A stretch of 64,000 bases of DNA from an uncultured Gemmatimonadales bacterium. Lineage in GTDB: Bacteria > Gemmatimonadota > Gemmatimonadetes > Gemmatimonadales > GWC2-71-9. This document shows, in pieces, positions 19,577 to 29,333 of the stretch (positions within the stretch are counted from its first letter, which is position 1; the number at the start of each line of letters is the position of its first letter). The stretch is from the NCBI GenBank assembly GCA_963795085.1, contig CAWCFX010000006.1, positions 384,001 through 448,000 of the forward strand, written 5' to 3'. The notes beneath the pieces were generated by a model, which was not told the origin of the DNA, did no database searches, and worked only from the letters and a program-made list of their open reading frames with translations. Made by a program: the position numbers and the translations under genes.

Positions 19577-20376
19577 CAGTCGAGCGGAAAGGCGTTGGGA
19601 GGAAAGATCCCGGCGGCGTTCCGCCAGCGGATCTGTTCGAGCTGTTCCGGCGTCACCAGCGACTCGAGCCGGCGTAGCTTGGCGAGCCCGGTGCAGAGGG
19701 TGATGTCGGCGCCCCAGAGCAGCCGGTTCGCCCCGACGCTCTCCAGGCACTGTTCCAGCATCCCGCCATCCACCCCGCTGCCTGAGAGATCGATGAACAC
19801 GTTCTCGACGCCGCGCGCGACGTGCAGGGTGTGGATCCAGTCGCCGCCGCCCCCGATGTGGGCCAGGATGAACCGGGTCCGGCTGTGCCGGCCGGCCAGC
19901 TCACAGAGCTCGGCGCCGTCGCTGGCTTCCTGCCCCGGCCAGTCCCGGCGGCGGCGCTGCCAGACGTGGTGCAGGATCGGCGCGCCCCGGTCCGCCGCCA
20001 GCTGGCAGATGGGATCGAGCAGGCGGTCGTTGGCCCGCCGGCTGGCGGCCAGCTTGATGCCGATCATTCCCTGGCCCAGCTTGCGCTCGATTTCCCGCAG
20101 CGCGTGATCGAGGTAGTTGGGATTCACCGCGACGTAGCCCCGCACCCGGTCCCCGTGGGCGGCACAGAGCTTCATCATCTCGTCGTTGCCCAGCTCCACG
20201 TCGGCGGGAGACGGAAAATAGACGGGCGAGGTGAGTCCCCAGCTGCCGAGGATGGACGCGACGTGAATGGTGATGCCGATCCGCTCCCCGGCCTCCATCC
20301 GGCTCCGGTTGCGTTCCTGCCAGTCGCCGCGCGGGGTGCGGGCGTGGTAGAAGTGGGCGTGCACGTCAATCAGCAT
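19576..20376 (-). CDS. Amidohydrolase_2 family metallo-hydrolase
   Basis: IDVHAH, ILHH, ILAHIGGG, DLSGS, LLWGAD. Confidence 0.85.
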   Translation of the reverse strand: MLIDVHAHFYHARTPRGDWQERNRSRMEAGERIGITIHVASILGSWGLTSPVYFPSPADVELGNDEMMKLCAAHGDRVRGYVAVNPNYLDHALREIERKLGQGMIGIKLAASRRANDRLLDPICQLAADRGAPILHHVWQRRRRDWPGQEASDGAELCELAGRHSRTRFILAHIGGGGDWIHTLHVARGVENVFIDLSGSGVDGGMLEQCLESVGANRLLWGADITLCTGLAKLRRLESLVTPEQLEQIRWRNAAGIFPPNAFPLD

Positions 20377-21533
20377 CAGACCATTCCCCCCAGGACTTCG
20401 TCCAGCGTGGAAAGAACGGCGTCAATTTCACCGGGTCCGTGGGCGAGGGAGACGAAATTGTAGGCCGACCGCTTGAACAGCACGCCCCGCTTCGCGCACT
20501 CCCGGGCCGCCTTGAACGAGGCGTCTTCGCTCCGGAACCTGAGATGGCACATCTCGGGGATACCCGCGACGCCGGGCGCGACGGTCGGATACTTCTTCGC
20601 AAGCGATTCGAGCCCTGCCATCAGGCGGGCGCCCGCCTCGCCCAGCCGGCGGGGGACGCCTTCCCGGCGCATGAACCGGATGGTGGCGAGGGCCGCGGCC
20701 AGCGAGGGCATCTCGGTCGCCAGGGTGGAGGAGATCCAGGTGCGCCGGGCGGCCATCATGACCTCGCGGCTCCCGCCTACCGCCGCGATGGGGAACCCGT
20801 TGCCGATCGCCTTGCCCAGCACCATGAGATCGGGATGGACGCCGAACCGCTCCGCCGCACCGCCGATCGCGAGCCGGCACCCGGTCTTGATCTCGTCGAA
20901 GACCAGCACCGCTCCGACTCCGGCGGTCTCCTCGCGGAGCGCGGTGAGCCATTCCATCGAGGGCAGCCGGTCTATCACCGGCTCGATCACGATGGCGGCC
21001 AGCTTGTCGCCGTGCCGGCGTACCTGCTTCCGCAGGTCCTCGATGTTGTCGAACTCGAGGACCCCCAGGGCCGCCATGGTTCCGTCCGGCACGCCGGCGC
21101 CCTGGCTGCACCAGTCCAGCCAGCCATGGTAACCGCACCCCAGCACCATGGTCCGCGCGGTGTGCACCCGGGCGATCCGCACCGCCGCCGCGACCGCTTC
21201 CGCCCCGGTCTTGAGAAAGATCACCTGCTCGATCCAGGGGATGGCGTCGGCCAGTTCTTCGGCCAGCATTTCTTCCAGCTCCGGCGCCAGCGGGCCGACG
21301 ACGCCGGCGGTGATCCCGCCGATGGCGGCCCGGTTCACGTCGGGGTGCCCATATCCCAGCGCGACCGCGCCCAGCGCCATGATGCAGTCCAGGTACGTCC
21401 GCCCCTGGTCATCCCACACCCGGCACCCCTCGGCGCGCATCAGGCGGCCGGGCAGCCCGCTCGGATCGCCGGGGCCGAACAACGCGTCCGGCCGCTTGGA
21501 GCCCGTGGAGGTAACGCCGGGGATGCGGTTCAT
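20376..21533 (-). CDS. Class III aminotransferase (GSA-aminomutase-like)
   Basis: GCRVWDDQG.TYLD, KTGAEA, GYHGW, FDEIKTG, GKAIGNGFP (PLP Lys). Confidence 0.9.
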   Translation of the reverse strand: MNRIPGVTSTGSKRPDALFGPGDPSGLPGRLMRAEGCRVWDDQGRTYLDCIMALGAVALGYGHPDVNRAAIGGITAGVVGPLAPELEEMLAEELADAIPWIEQVIFLKTGAEAVAAAVRIARVHTARTMVLGCGYHGWLDWCSQGAGVPDGTMAALGVLEFDNIEDLRKQVRRHGDKLAAIVIEPVIDRLPSMEWLTALREETAGVGAVLVFDEIKTGCRLAIGGAAERFGVHPDLMVLGKAIGNGFPIAAVGGSREVMMAARRTWISSTLATEMPSLAAALATIRFMRREGVPRRLGEAGARLMAGLESLAKKYPTVAPGVAGIPEMCHLRFRSEDASFKAARECAKRGVLFKRSAYNFVSLAHGPGEIDAVLSTLDEVLGGMV

Positions 21534-24250
21534 GTCGCCAGCCTGAGAAGGCCGAAACGCGCCGGGTCCTGCCGGTCACCCCTGAGATAGACCCAGCCGG
21601 CGCCGCCGCTCCACACCAGCTGCCCGGCGCGGCGCTGGCGGCCGGGGCGCATCTCGTTTACCAGGAGATCGAACTCCAGCGGCACCCGGTCGTCCATGAC
21701 CCACCCGGGCTTGATCGCCAGGGTGACCCGGTAGCCTTCCGGCGTTTCCGCCCAGGCGCCCGTCACCATCGCGGCGTCACCGGCATAGGGCGACGCCAGC
21801 GCCACCCGGACATCGCCGGAGCCGGGGTCGGGTATCACCAGGAAGCCGAGTACCCGGTCGTCCTGCTTGAGGTAGAGCTGCAGCCCATCGCTGTGAATGT
21901 CGTCCACCTCGTTGTCGAGGCCCAGGGGAGCACTGGTGGCGGCACGGAGAACGATGTCCTCCTTCTTCACCTCGGCCAAGAGAAAGAGATCGTCGTCGCA
22001 CCAGTTGACCCAGGCGGTCGCCGAGAAGTAGTCGGCATCGGCGTAGGGCTCCTCGCTCCGGCGGTACTGGAGCTCGGTATCGAGGGTGATCGGCTCCGAG
22101 AGGTCGAACCCTTCGTCCGACCCGTCCAGGGCCGGCGGCTCGCTGACCCAGGCCGCGGTGGCGGCGGGCCGGTCCGTCCCGGGACGGGTGAAGATGGGCT
22201 CCGGCTCCAGCATCCGCCGCTGGACGCCGGCCAGCTTGATCACCGTGTCGCCCCGCTCGACCTGCCAGCCCTCGAGCAGCGGCGTATGCCGGTCGGTGCC
22301 GCCATGTTCAACGGTAACGACATCGCCCTCGAGGGACAGCCCCGTGATCCGCGCATCGGGCGAGGTGTCGATCACCGTCACCATCCGGCTGGAGGCCGCG
22401 GTCGCCCGCGCCAGGTAGAAGACCTGCTCGCCGGTGCCGGGGGGACCGGGAGCCCGGGCCCGGAGCAGGTCCCCGTCGAACCGGAGATGCAGGCGGCAGC
22501 CCCGGCCACCGGCAGCGGACCGGATGATGAATCCTCCCGCCGTCTCCGGGATGAACTGCTCGGCCTCCCGCACGAACTCGCCGGCCACGCTGTCGGCGGC
22601 GATCCGTTCCCAGCGGCCCGGCGTCTCCACCATGCTCTCGCCGGCCAGGTGCCACGGAAGATCCAGCCGGTGGGTCATGGTGTCGGAGTAGGTGAGGATA
22701 TCGAGCAGATATTCGGGACCCGCCACGACGGTCCGGTCGAACTCGCGGAAGCGTCCCCGCATCCAGCCCCAGTCCCCTTCCTGCTGGAACATCTCGCAGT
22801 CACCGCCTTCATAGGGCTGCGAGTGGCCGTCCAGCAGGGGAGCGTTGTGCGCGAGGGTCGAGCGGTACCAGAAGAGATCGGGGCTGACGTAGCTGCCGGT
22901 GCCGAAGTCGGGAAGCCAGTGCACCCCGCCGGCATGCAGGGCCAGGTGCAGCCGGTCGGGGTGGCCATGCCCGCCTCCCGGCTTGCCGCACTCGAGGCTG
23001 GCGTAGCGGTCGCCCTGGCGCAGGATCGCCAGGCCCTGGGTGGGAAAGTGCCGGCCCGATGGCGTCCACGGTTCGCTCGCCTGCAGCTCCGCCGGCATGA
23101 AGAGCAGCGACCACCAGGAGTGATCGCCGCGTCCCCGGTGCACCGGCGCCGTCTCTCCCGCCTCGTGCAGGTAGGACTCCAGCGGCAGCGCGGGTTGCGC
23201 GGGCGCCTGGTAGAGCGCCGCCAGCCACGATTCCAGCGCACCCGGCTCCCCGCCGCCCAGCAGCCCGCGTCCCACCTCCCACGTCTCCAGGTGCATCGGC
23301 TGCGCCAGGGAGACGCCGAAGCGGGAGTCTTTCCGGGCGGGGAAAGTGAAGTCGGGCAGCGCGGTGAGGGCGGGCGCCAGGAGCGCCGCGCGCAAATGAC
23401 CGGCGACGTCCTCGTCCTCCAGCAGGTGGGCGCCGAGGGAGGCTGCCCAGCCGAGTCCGGTGAGGAGGCCGCGCAGCGCGAAGAGATGGTAGTTCTCTCC
23501 CTCGTACCAGGTGCCGTCGTCCCCGAACCCGTCGGCCAGGTGTCCCATCAGTCCGGTGCGCTCTTCTATGGAAGAGCGGGCCAGGTCTTCATCACCGAAC
23601 CAGGCGGCGATCGCGGTGAGCGCGGCGGCGTGCCAGGTCTGCCGGTTGGAGAGCCCCTCGTTGAAGTCGCCGATCACGCTGGCCGCCTCGTCCGCGATGG
23701 CATCCACGGTGGCGGAGAGGTCCTCGGGCATCCGGTCCGATTCCCGGAGCAGCGTCGCGGCGGCCAGGTAGTTGAGGATCCAGAGCGACTCGAGGTAGGT
23801 AGAGAAGAAGAGGTGGGTGGGGCCCAGCACGTTGTCGCGGTTGGGGAGCTCGAAGTAGAGCGGCTGATAGGCGCCCAGGATCCGGGCCGCCTGTTCTCCC
23901 GCGGCGTCGTGGTTTGCCAGCGCGGCCACAGTGGCGAGGTGGGCGGCCCGCTCGCTCAGCCAGAGATGCTGGAACTTGGCCCAGTGCCGGTCGTGGCGCT
24001 CCCCCCGGACCATCTCGCCGCAGGAAGGGCACCGGTGCGCATCGGGCGACCAGGGGTCGAAGGCCAGCGCCGTCCCGTCTTTGGGGCAGGTGCCGCCATC
24101 CCTGGAGAGGAGCGCCTTTACCTTCGGCACCGGCGGCATCTTCTTGAGCACCGGCTCCGCCCGCTCCACCAGCCGCTGCTGCAGCGCCTGCAGGTCGGGC
24201 GACGCCGCGATCAGCACGCGCCGCTCCTCCAGCTGTTCCCGGGTCACCAT
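21530..24250 (-). CDS. Heparinase II/III-like lyase with C-terminal CBM9-like domain
   Basis: SNRQTW, WYEGENYH, GHGHPDRL, WYRSTLAHN; C-terminal PPALDG..DGLQLY; no signal peptide. Confidence 0.8.
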   Translation of the reverse strand: MVTREQLEERRVLIAASPDLQALQQRLVERAEPVLKKMPPVPKVKALLSRDGGTCPKDGTALAFDPWSPDAHRCPSCGEMVRGERHDRHWAKFQHLWLSERAAHLATVAALANHDAAGEQAARILGAYQPLYFELPNRDNVLGPTHLFFSTYLESLWILNYLAAATLLRESDRMPEDLSATVDAIADEAASVIGDFNEGLSNRQTWHAAALTAIAAWFGDEDLARSSIEERTGLMGHLADGFGDDGTWYEGENYHLFALRGLLTGLGWAASLGAHLLEDEDVAGHLRAALLAPALTALPDFTFPARKDSRFGVSLAQPMHLETWEVGRGLLGGGEPGALESWLAALYQAPAQPALPLESYLHEAGETAPVHRGRGDHSWWSLLFMPAELQASEPWTPSGRHFPTQGLAILRQGDRYASLECGKPGGGHGHPDRLHLALHAGGVHWLPDFGTGSYVSPDLFWYRSTLAHNAPLLDGHSQPYEGGDCEMFQQEGDWGWMRGRFREFDRTVVAGPEYLLDILTYSDTMTHRLDLPWHLAGESMVETPGRWERIAADSVAGEFVREAEQFIPETAGGFIIRSAAGGRGCRLHLRFDGDLLRARAPGPPGTGEQVFYLARATAASSRMVTVIDTSPDARITGLSLEGDVVTVEHGGTDRHTPLLEGWQVERGDTVIKLAGVQRRMLEPEPIFTRPGTDRPAATAAWVSEPPALDGSDEGFDLSEPITLDTELQYRRSEEPYADADYFSATAWVNWCDDDLFLLAEVKKEDIVLRAATSAPLGLDNEVDDIHSDGLQLYLKQDDRVLGFLVIPDPGSGDVRVALASPYAGDAAMVTGAWAETPEGYRVTLAIKPGWVMDDRVPLEFDLLVNEMRPGRQRRAGQLVWSGGAGWVYLRGDRQDPARFGLLRLAT

Positions 24251-25257
24251 GCGCGGACACCCGCCGGCGAGAAGGTCACCGGCAGCACCCGGGCTCCTTC
24301 CGCCCGCGCCGCTTCGGCGACCTCCTCCGGCCGCTCCTTCGCGAGGAAGAACATGCATCCGCCCGCCCCGGCGCCCGCCGCCTTGCCGCCGAACACGCCC
24401 GCCGCCCCGACCACCTGCTCCAGCCGAGCCATGGATTCGGTACGCATCCCCGGGTCGAGCCGGCACTGGTGGGCCCAGTTCTCGCTCAGCAGCGTGCCCA
24501 CCCGCGCCGGATCCCCAGCGCGGAGCGCCTCCGCCATCCGGGCCGCGACGTCTTTCATGCCATGAAACGCATCCACGATGTATCGCTCTCCCCGTTCATA
24601 GCCCTGGATGACCCGGCTGATCATCCGTCCCGAGATGCGCGAGGTGCCGGTGTAGCAGAGCACGGTGTGCCGCTCGAGGAATTCCAGGAACCCGGTATCG
24701 AGATCGAGCCGCTCCGTCTCTACCGCCGGGTCCCGAAAGGTAATCCGGCGAAACCCGCCCAACGCCGCCGCCCACTGGTCCTGTTTGCCTCCCGGCATGC
24801 CCGCTTCCACCACCTCCAGCCGCCACGCCGCCTCGGCGACATCCTCCAGGGCCACCTCCTGCCCGGCCGCCCGGCTCAGCGCGCTCACCAGCGCCACGTC
24901 CAGTGCGCCGGAACTGCCGAGCCCGGAGCCGGCCGGCGCGTCCGAGCGGGTCACGACCGTGGCGTTCGTCACCGGGTACATCCGCACGGCGGTCTGCAGC
25001 AGCGGCAAGTCGCCGCTGGACGTCAGGGCACTCACGCCGTCCACTCTGACTTCCTGGCCCAGGTCCTCCGAGCGGAGCAGCAGGCCCTTTCCGCCCCGCG
25101 TCACCGTCACGTGGGCGGAGAGACCGATGGCGGCATTCACCACCAGCCCGCCTTCACGGGCGGAGAAGGGAGGCACATCGGTCCACCCGCCGGCAAAGTC
25201 CAGCCGGAGCGGTGCGGCGGCGTGCCAGACCCGGGGCGCGGCGTTCCTGTCAGTCAT
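24244..25257 (-). CDS. GHMP kinase (HddA/fucokinase-like sugar kinase)
   Basis: APLRLDFAGGWTD, PAGSGLGSSG, GGKQDQ, GKAAGAGAGG. Confidence 0.9.
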   Translation of the reverse strand: MTDRNAAPRVWHAAAPLRLDFAGGWTDVPPFSAREGGLVVNAAIGLSAHVTVTRGGKGLLLRSEDLGQEVRVDGVSALTSSGDLPLLQTAVRMYPVTNATVVTRSDAPAGSGLGSSGALDVALVSALSRAAGQEVALEDVAEAAWRLEVVEAGMPGGKQDQWAAALGGFRRITFRDPAVETERLDLDTGFLEFLERHTVLCYTGTSRISGRMISRVIQGYERGERYIVDAFHGMKDVAARMAEALRAGDPARVGTLLSENWAHQCRLDPGMRTESMARLEQVVGAAGVFGGKAAGAGAGGCMFFLAKERPEEVAEAARAEGARVLPVTFSPAGVRAW

Positions 25258-26701
25258 GGCCCGCCGTCCACCGGGTGACGGTGGCCAGCTCGCCGCGCAG
25301 GTCCATTCGCACGTTCCGGACTCTGCGGTTCATCCCCTGGACTCCTCGCGCATGATATAGGAAGGCCACCGGCACCGACCGGGCGAATTCCTGCTGGGCC
25401 AGGGCGGGGTCGGCCGGGATGGCGATGCCGGCGAGATCGGCCAGTTGCCGCAGGTGGCCCAGCCCCAGGTCGCCGGCGGTGCCCAGCACCGCGGCCTGGA
25501 AGTCGGGGCGGCGGCTGTTGACCCGGTCGAGAAAGGCGGTCAGCTCCATCTGCCGGATGGTGATCCGGACTCCTACTGTCGCCAGCTGGGCCTGGATCAT
25601 CTGTTCCAGCGCCGCCTCGCCGCTTCCCACCGTGAGCAGCTCGATCGCGATCTCCCGGCCCGCCAGCGCGGCGCGGGCCGAATCGAGCTGCACCGGAGCC
25701 GGGGGTATCGCAAGATACCCGGGGACATCGGGGGGCACCGGCCCGGTGGCCACGGTGCCGAATCCATAGATATAGCCATCCACGATCTGCTGCCGGTCCA
25801 TGGCCTGGCCGATGGCCCGCCGCACCCGCTCATCGTTGAAGGGAGCGACGCGGGTGTTGAACACCACCCCGTAGGTGAAGAGCAGCGGGTAGGAGAGGAC
25901 GTCCAGTTCCGGGTTCTCTCTCACGAACGACGCGTGGGCCGGCTGGATGCCCGCGAAGTCCAGCTCGCCCGAGGCGAGCGCCGCCAGCTTGGTGGTGGGT
26001 TCATCCACCACCGCGATGACCAGCCGCGCCAGCCGCGGCGGGCCGCCCAGCTCGGCGGGAAAGTCCGGGTTGGCCTCGAACACCCAGCGGCGGTTGGTCT
26101 CGTGCCGCACGAACCGGAAGGGGCCGTTCCCCACCGGCCGGTCATTCCAGCCGGCGGAGCGGATCCGGGCGAGATCCACCGTGTCCAGCAGGTGCGCCGG
26201 CAGGATGGCGAGATCGGTCAGCACGTCGGGCACGCCGGGCTGGGGCGCGGTGAACCGCAGCACCAGCGTCGAGTCGTCGGTGGCATCGGCTCGGGCGAGC
26301 GTGGCAAGATCGGAGAGCCGGGGATAGCCGGTGACCGGGTCCCGGGCGGCGTTCAGCGTCCAGGCCGCGTCCCCCGCGGTGGTGGGGACGCCGTCGTGCC
26401 AGCGAAGCGTCGTGTGGAGGTGGAAGGTGAGCGTGGTTGAATCGGCGGACCACGCCAGGCTGCGCGCCAGGTAGGGCTCGATGGCGAGCGTGGAGTCGCG
26501 GCGGACCAGCGTGGTGAGCAGCACGTAGCGCTGCACCTGCCGGGCCAGCGGATGCACGGTGATGAGCGGGTTGGCGCTCTGCAGGTCGGCGCCGGAGGCG
26601 AACATCACGGTGGCGCCCCGACGGTCGGCGGGGCGGCCGCAGGCGGCGAGGCAGGCGACGAGGGCCAGGAGGCGGGGGGCGGTGAGTCTCACGTGAGACA
26701 A
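25250..26701 (-). CDS. ABC transporter family 5 substrate-binding lipoprotein
   Basis: LAAC lipobox, WHDGVPTTAGD, PVGNGPF, PFNDERVRRAI; start 26701 or 26692. Confidence 0.9.
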   Translation of the reverse strand: MSHVRLTAPRLLALVACLAACGRPADRRGATVMFASGADLQSANPLITVHPLARQVQRYVLLTTLVRRDSTLAIEPYLARSLAWSADSTTLTFHLHTTLRWHDGVPTTAGDAAWTLNAARDPVTGYPRLSDLATLARADATDDSTLVLRFTAPQPGVPDVLTDLAILPAHLLDTVDLARIRSAGWNDRPVGNGPFRFVRHETNRRWVFEANPDFPAELGGPPRLARLVIAVVDEPTTKLAALASGELDFAGIQPAHASFVRENPELDVLSYPLLFTYGVVFNTRVAPFNDERVRRAIGQAMDRQQIVDGYIYGFGTVATGPVPPDVPGYLAIPPAPVQLDSARAALAGREIAIELLTVGSGEAALEQMIQAQLATVGVRITIRQMELTAFLDRVNSRRPDFQAAVLGTAGDLGLGHLRQLADLAGIAIPADPALAQQEFARSVPVAFLYHARGVQGMNRRVRNVRMDLRGELATVTRWTAGHD

Positions 26702-26729
26702 ATACTATTACATCGCTAGATTGTTTCCC

Positions 26730-27704
26730 ATGCTTCGCCATCTTGCCCGGCGGCTGGTGGTGGGCCTCGCCATCGTGGCCGGCGTGGTCACCCTGACCTT
26801 CTTTCTCCTGCGGCTGGCGCCGGGGGACCCGGTGGAGCAGCTGCTGGGTCCGGCCGCCACCGCCGACCAGGTCGAGGCCCAGCGCCGCGCACTGGGGTTC
26901 GACCGGCCCCTCGCGGTGCAGTACCTGGCCTGGATGGGCCGCTTCGTGCGGGGCGACTGGGGCACCAGCGTCGCCACCGGGCGGTCGGTCGCCGGCATGC
27001 TGGCCGAAGCGTGGCCCGCCACCGCCGTCCTGGTGGTCCTCTCGCTCCTGGCCAGCTATCTCCTCGGCATCCTGGTCGGCGTGGTCCAGGCGGGCACCCG
27101 CTCCCGCCGGCTGGACACCACCCTCTCCGTCACCACCGTCACCCTCTTCGCCATGCCGGGCTACTGGCTCGGCCTCATGCTGGTGATGGTGTTCACCTAC
27201 TGGCTCGGCGTGCTCCCCGCGTTCGGCGCCGAGGGGCTGGATGCCGACTTCCTGTCGGGGTGGGACCGGCTGGCCGACCGGCTGAGCCACCTCGCGCTGC
27301 CGCTGGCCACGCTCACCCTGGTCGGCATCGGCGGGGTCGCGCGGTTCGTGCGGGGCGCGATGCTGGACGTGAAGCAGTCGGCGTTCGTCACGGTGGCACG
27401 GGCGAAGGGCGTGGGCGAGCGGGCCATCAACCTCCGCCACGTACTGGGCAACGCGCTCATCCCGGTCGTCACCCTGCTGGGTCTCTCCCTGCCGGCGCTC
27501 TTCTCCGGCGCGGTGTTCATCGAGGCCATCTTCGCCTGGCCGGGCGTGGGGCGGATCCTGGTCGAGGCGGTGCGGGGGCGGGACTACCCGGTGGTCATGG
27601 CGGCCACCAGTGTCAGCGCCATGCTCGTCGTGATCGGCAACCTGCTGGCGGACTGGCTGGCCACGCGGGTGGACCCGAGGCTCCGGAGCGCCCATGGCGA
27701 CTAG
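26730..27704 (+). CDS. ABC transporter permease (OppB/DppB-like)
   Basis: LAPGDP, GDWGTS, ARAKG...RHVLGNA, RDYPVV. Confidence 0.92.
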   Translation: MLRHLARRLVVGLAIVAGVVTLTFFLLRLAPGDPVEQLLGPAATADQVEAQRRALGFDRPLAVQYLAWMGRFVRGDWGTSVATGRSVAGMLAEAWPATAVLVVLSLLASYLLGILVGVVQAGTRSRRLDTTLSVTTVTLFAMPGYWLGLMLVMVFTYWLGVLPAFGAEGLDADFLSGWDRLADRLSHLALPLATLTLVGIGGVARFVRGAMLDVKQSAFVTVARAKGVGERAINLRHVLGNALIPVVTLLGLSLPALFSGAVFIEAIFAWPGVGRILVEAVRGRDYPVVMAATSVSAMLVVIGNLLADWLATRVDPRLRSAHGD

Positions 27705-28563
27705 CGCCATTCCGCTCCGCCGGCCCTGGGCGGGCGGGCTCCTGGCCGACGGCCGCGCGCGGTTCGGCCTCGCCGTGCTCGGCCTGGTCGTGCTCACCGC
27801 GCTGTTTGCTCCGCTCCTCTCCACCGGCGACCCCAACGCCCAGGTGAACGTCGTGGCCACCCGGTTCCTGGCGCCGTTCGCCACCGACCTCAACGGCGTG
27901 TTCCATCTATTGGGCACCGACCGGTTCGGGCGGGACGTGTGGAGCCGGCTGCTCTACGGCGGGCGGATCTCGCTGGCGGTCGGTGTGCTCGCCATGGCGA
28001 TCTCGGTGGCGCTGGGCCTGCTGGCCGGCGCGATGGCGGGGGTCTTTCAGCGCCGGCTCGGTGCCGGCGTCATGGGATTCACCGACTTTGCGCTCGCCCT
28101 GCCCCGGGTCGTGCTGCTGCTGCTGCTCACCGCCCTCTGGCCGCCCAGCGCGGTGCTGGTGGTGCTGGTGCTGGGGTTCACCGGGTGGATGAGCATCGCG
28201 CGGCTGGTCTATGGCGAGACCCGGGCGCTGGTGGCGCGACCGTTCGTCGAAGGCGCCTACGCGCTGGGCGCCCGGCGGTTCCGGGTGCTGTTCCACCACG
28301 TGGTGCCCAACGTGCTCACCCCGGTCATCGCGGCCGCGGCGCTGGGGGTGGGCAACGCCATCATGCTGGAGGCGGGGCTCTCGTTCCTCGGCCTCGGCGT
28401 CCAGCCGCCGGCGGCCTCCTGGGGCAACATGATCGCGTCGGGGCGGGACACCCTGGTGAACGCGCCCTGGGTGGCGGCGGCGCCGGGGGTGATGCTGGTG
28501 CTGGTGGTGGTGGCGTTGACCCTGCTGGGGGACGCGATTCAGCAGAGGCTCAGTAAGCAGTAA
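27694..28563 (+). CDS. ABC transporter permease (OppC/DppC-like)
   Basis: HLLGTDRFGRD, FVEGAYALG, EAGLSFLGLG, SWGNMI. Confidence 0.92.
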   Translation: MATSAIPLRRPWAGGLLADGRARFGLAVLGLVVLTALFAPLLSTGDPNAQVNVVATRFLAPFATDLNGVFHLLGTDRFGRDVWSRLLYGGRISLAVGVLAMAISVALGLLAGAMAGVFQRRLGAGVMGFTDFALALPRVVLLLLLTALWPPSAVLVVLVLGFTGWMSIARLVYGETRALVARPFVEGAYALGARRFRVLFHHVVPNVLTPVIAAAALGVGNAIMLEAGLSFLGLGVQPPAASWGNMIASGRDTLVNAPWVAAAPGVMLVLVVVALTLLGDAIQQRLSKQ

Positions 28564-28745
28564 GAAGTGAGACGTAAGAGGTAAGAGGGATGCCAGTGAG
28601 AAGTGAGCCGTACGAAGTGAGGGGGACTGGCGGTAACATTGGGTGTTGTTCCCTCTGAGGCCGAGAAGACAGGGGCTTCGTAGATCGCCCAGCGCTGACC
28701 TGTTCACCTCTTACTGCTTGCTGCTTACTGCTCACGTTCATGGCT
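28551..28745. repeat. Degenerate inverted heptamer repeat (AGTAAGC/AGTGAGA)n...(CTTACTG)n
   Basis: Opposing tracts at 28551-28620 and 28708-28745; the first contains the permease stop. Confidence 0.75.
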
Positions 28746-28838
28746 CTCGGTTGTCATTCGCCGTTCGCGGTTTTAGCATGCGAGGGTCGGGGCTTCACCT
28801 TGTGAGCCCGGACTTCCCGAGTGCACGGAGGAGAGAGC

Positions 28839-29123
28839 ATGGATCTGGGTGTCCTGATTCCCATCGTTTCCATTGCGCTTGGCATTCCCGCGGGGGTCGC
28901 CTTCATGGCCCTGGCGATGAACCATGCGCGGAAGACGCAGGAAATGAAACTGCGGGAGAAAGAGCTCGACAAGGGTGGGGACCTGGGTCCGGTGGTGGAT
29001 GCGCTGAGCCACGACCTCCACGAGACCCGGGTGCAGGTGGCGGAACTGCAGGAACGCCTCGATTTCGCGGAGCGTATGCTTACCGCCGGGAGACCGCCGG
29101 AGACTGGCCGTGCGATGCAGTGA
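28839..29123 (+). CDS. Small membrane-anchored coiled-coil protein
   Basis: GGAGG SD; N-terminal TM; VAELQERLDFAERML heptad. Confidence 0.8.
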   Translation: MDLGVLIPIVSIALGIPAGVAFMALAMNHARKTQEMKLREKELDKGGDLGPVVDALSHDLHETRVQVAELQERLDFAERMLTAGRPPETGRAMQ

Positions 29124-29124
29124 C

Positions 29125-29204
29125 AGGGCAGGCTGAAGCCTGCGACCGCAGGAAGTCTCTCAGGGCCGTCGGCCGTACTGTCACTGAAGCGACAGTAGAA
29201 TTCC
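29125..29204 (+). repeat. REP-like double-hairpin element copy 1 (CAGGCTGAAGCCTG...GTCRCTGAAGCGAC)
   Basis: About 80 nt, duplicated at 29334; partial copies at 32975 and 47146(-). Confidence 0.85.
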
Positions 29205-29333
29205 AATCGGCGGCGGGTCAATAATCACGAAGGCACGAACGAGACGTCGGAAAGCGCGACAATTGACGGCCTTACCGCCCTGTCTTACCGCCCCGATCTA
29301 CCGCCATGTTCTACCGCCTGGCACCAATGTGAG

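Noticed and set aside
21893..24565. Long antisense ORFs (890 aa here; also 37934..39937, 2687..4144, 26142..27917)
   Set aside because: High-GC shadow frames opposite genes with clear motifs.
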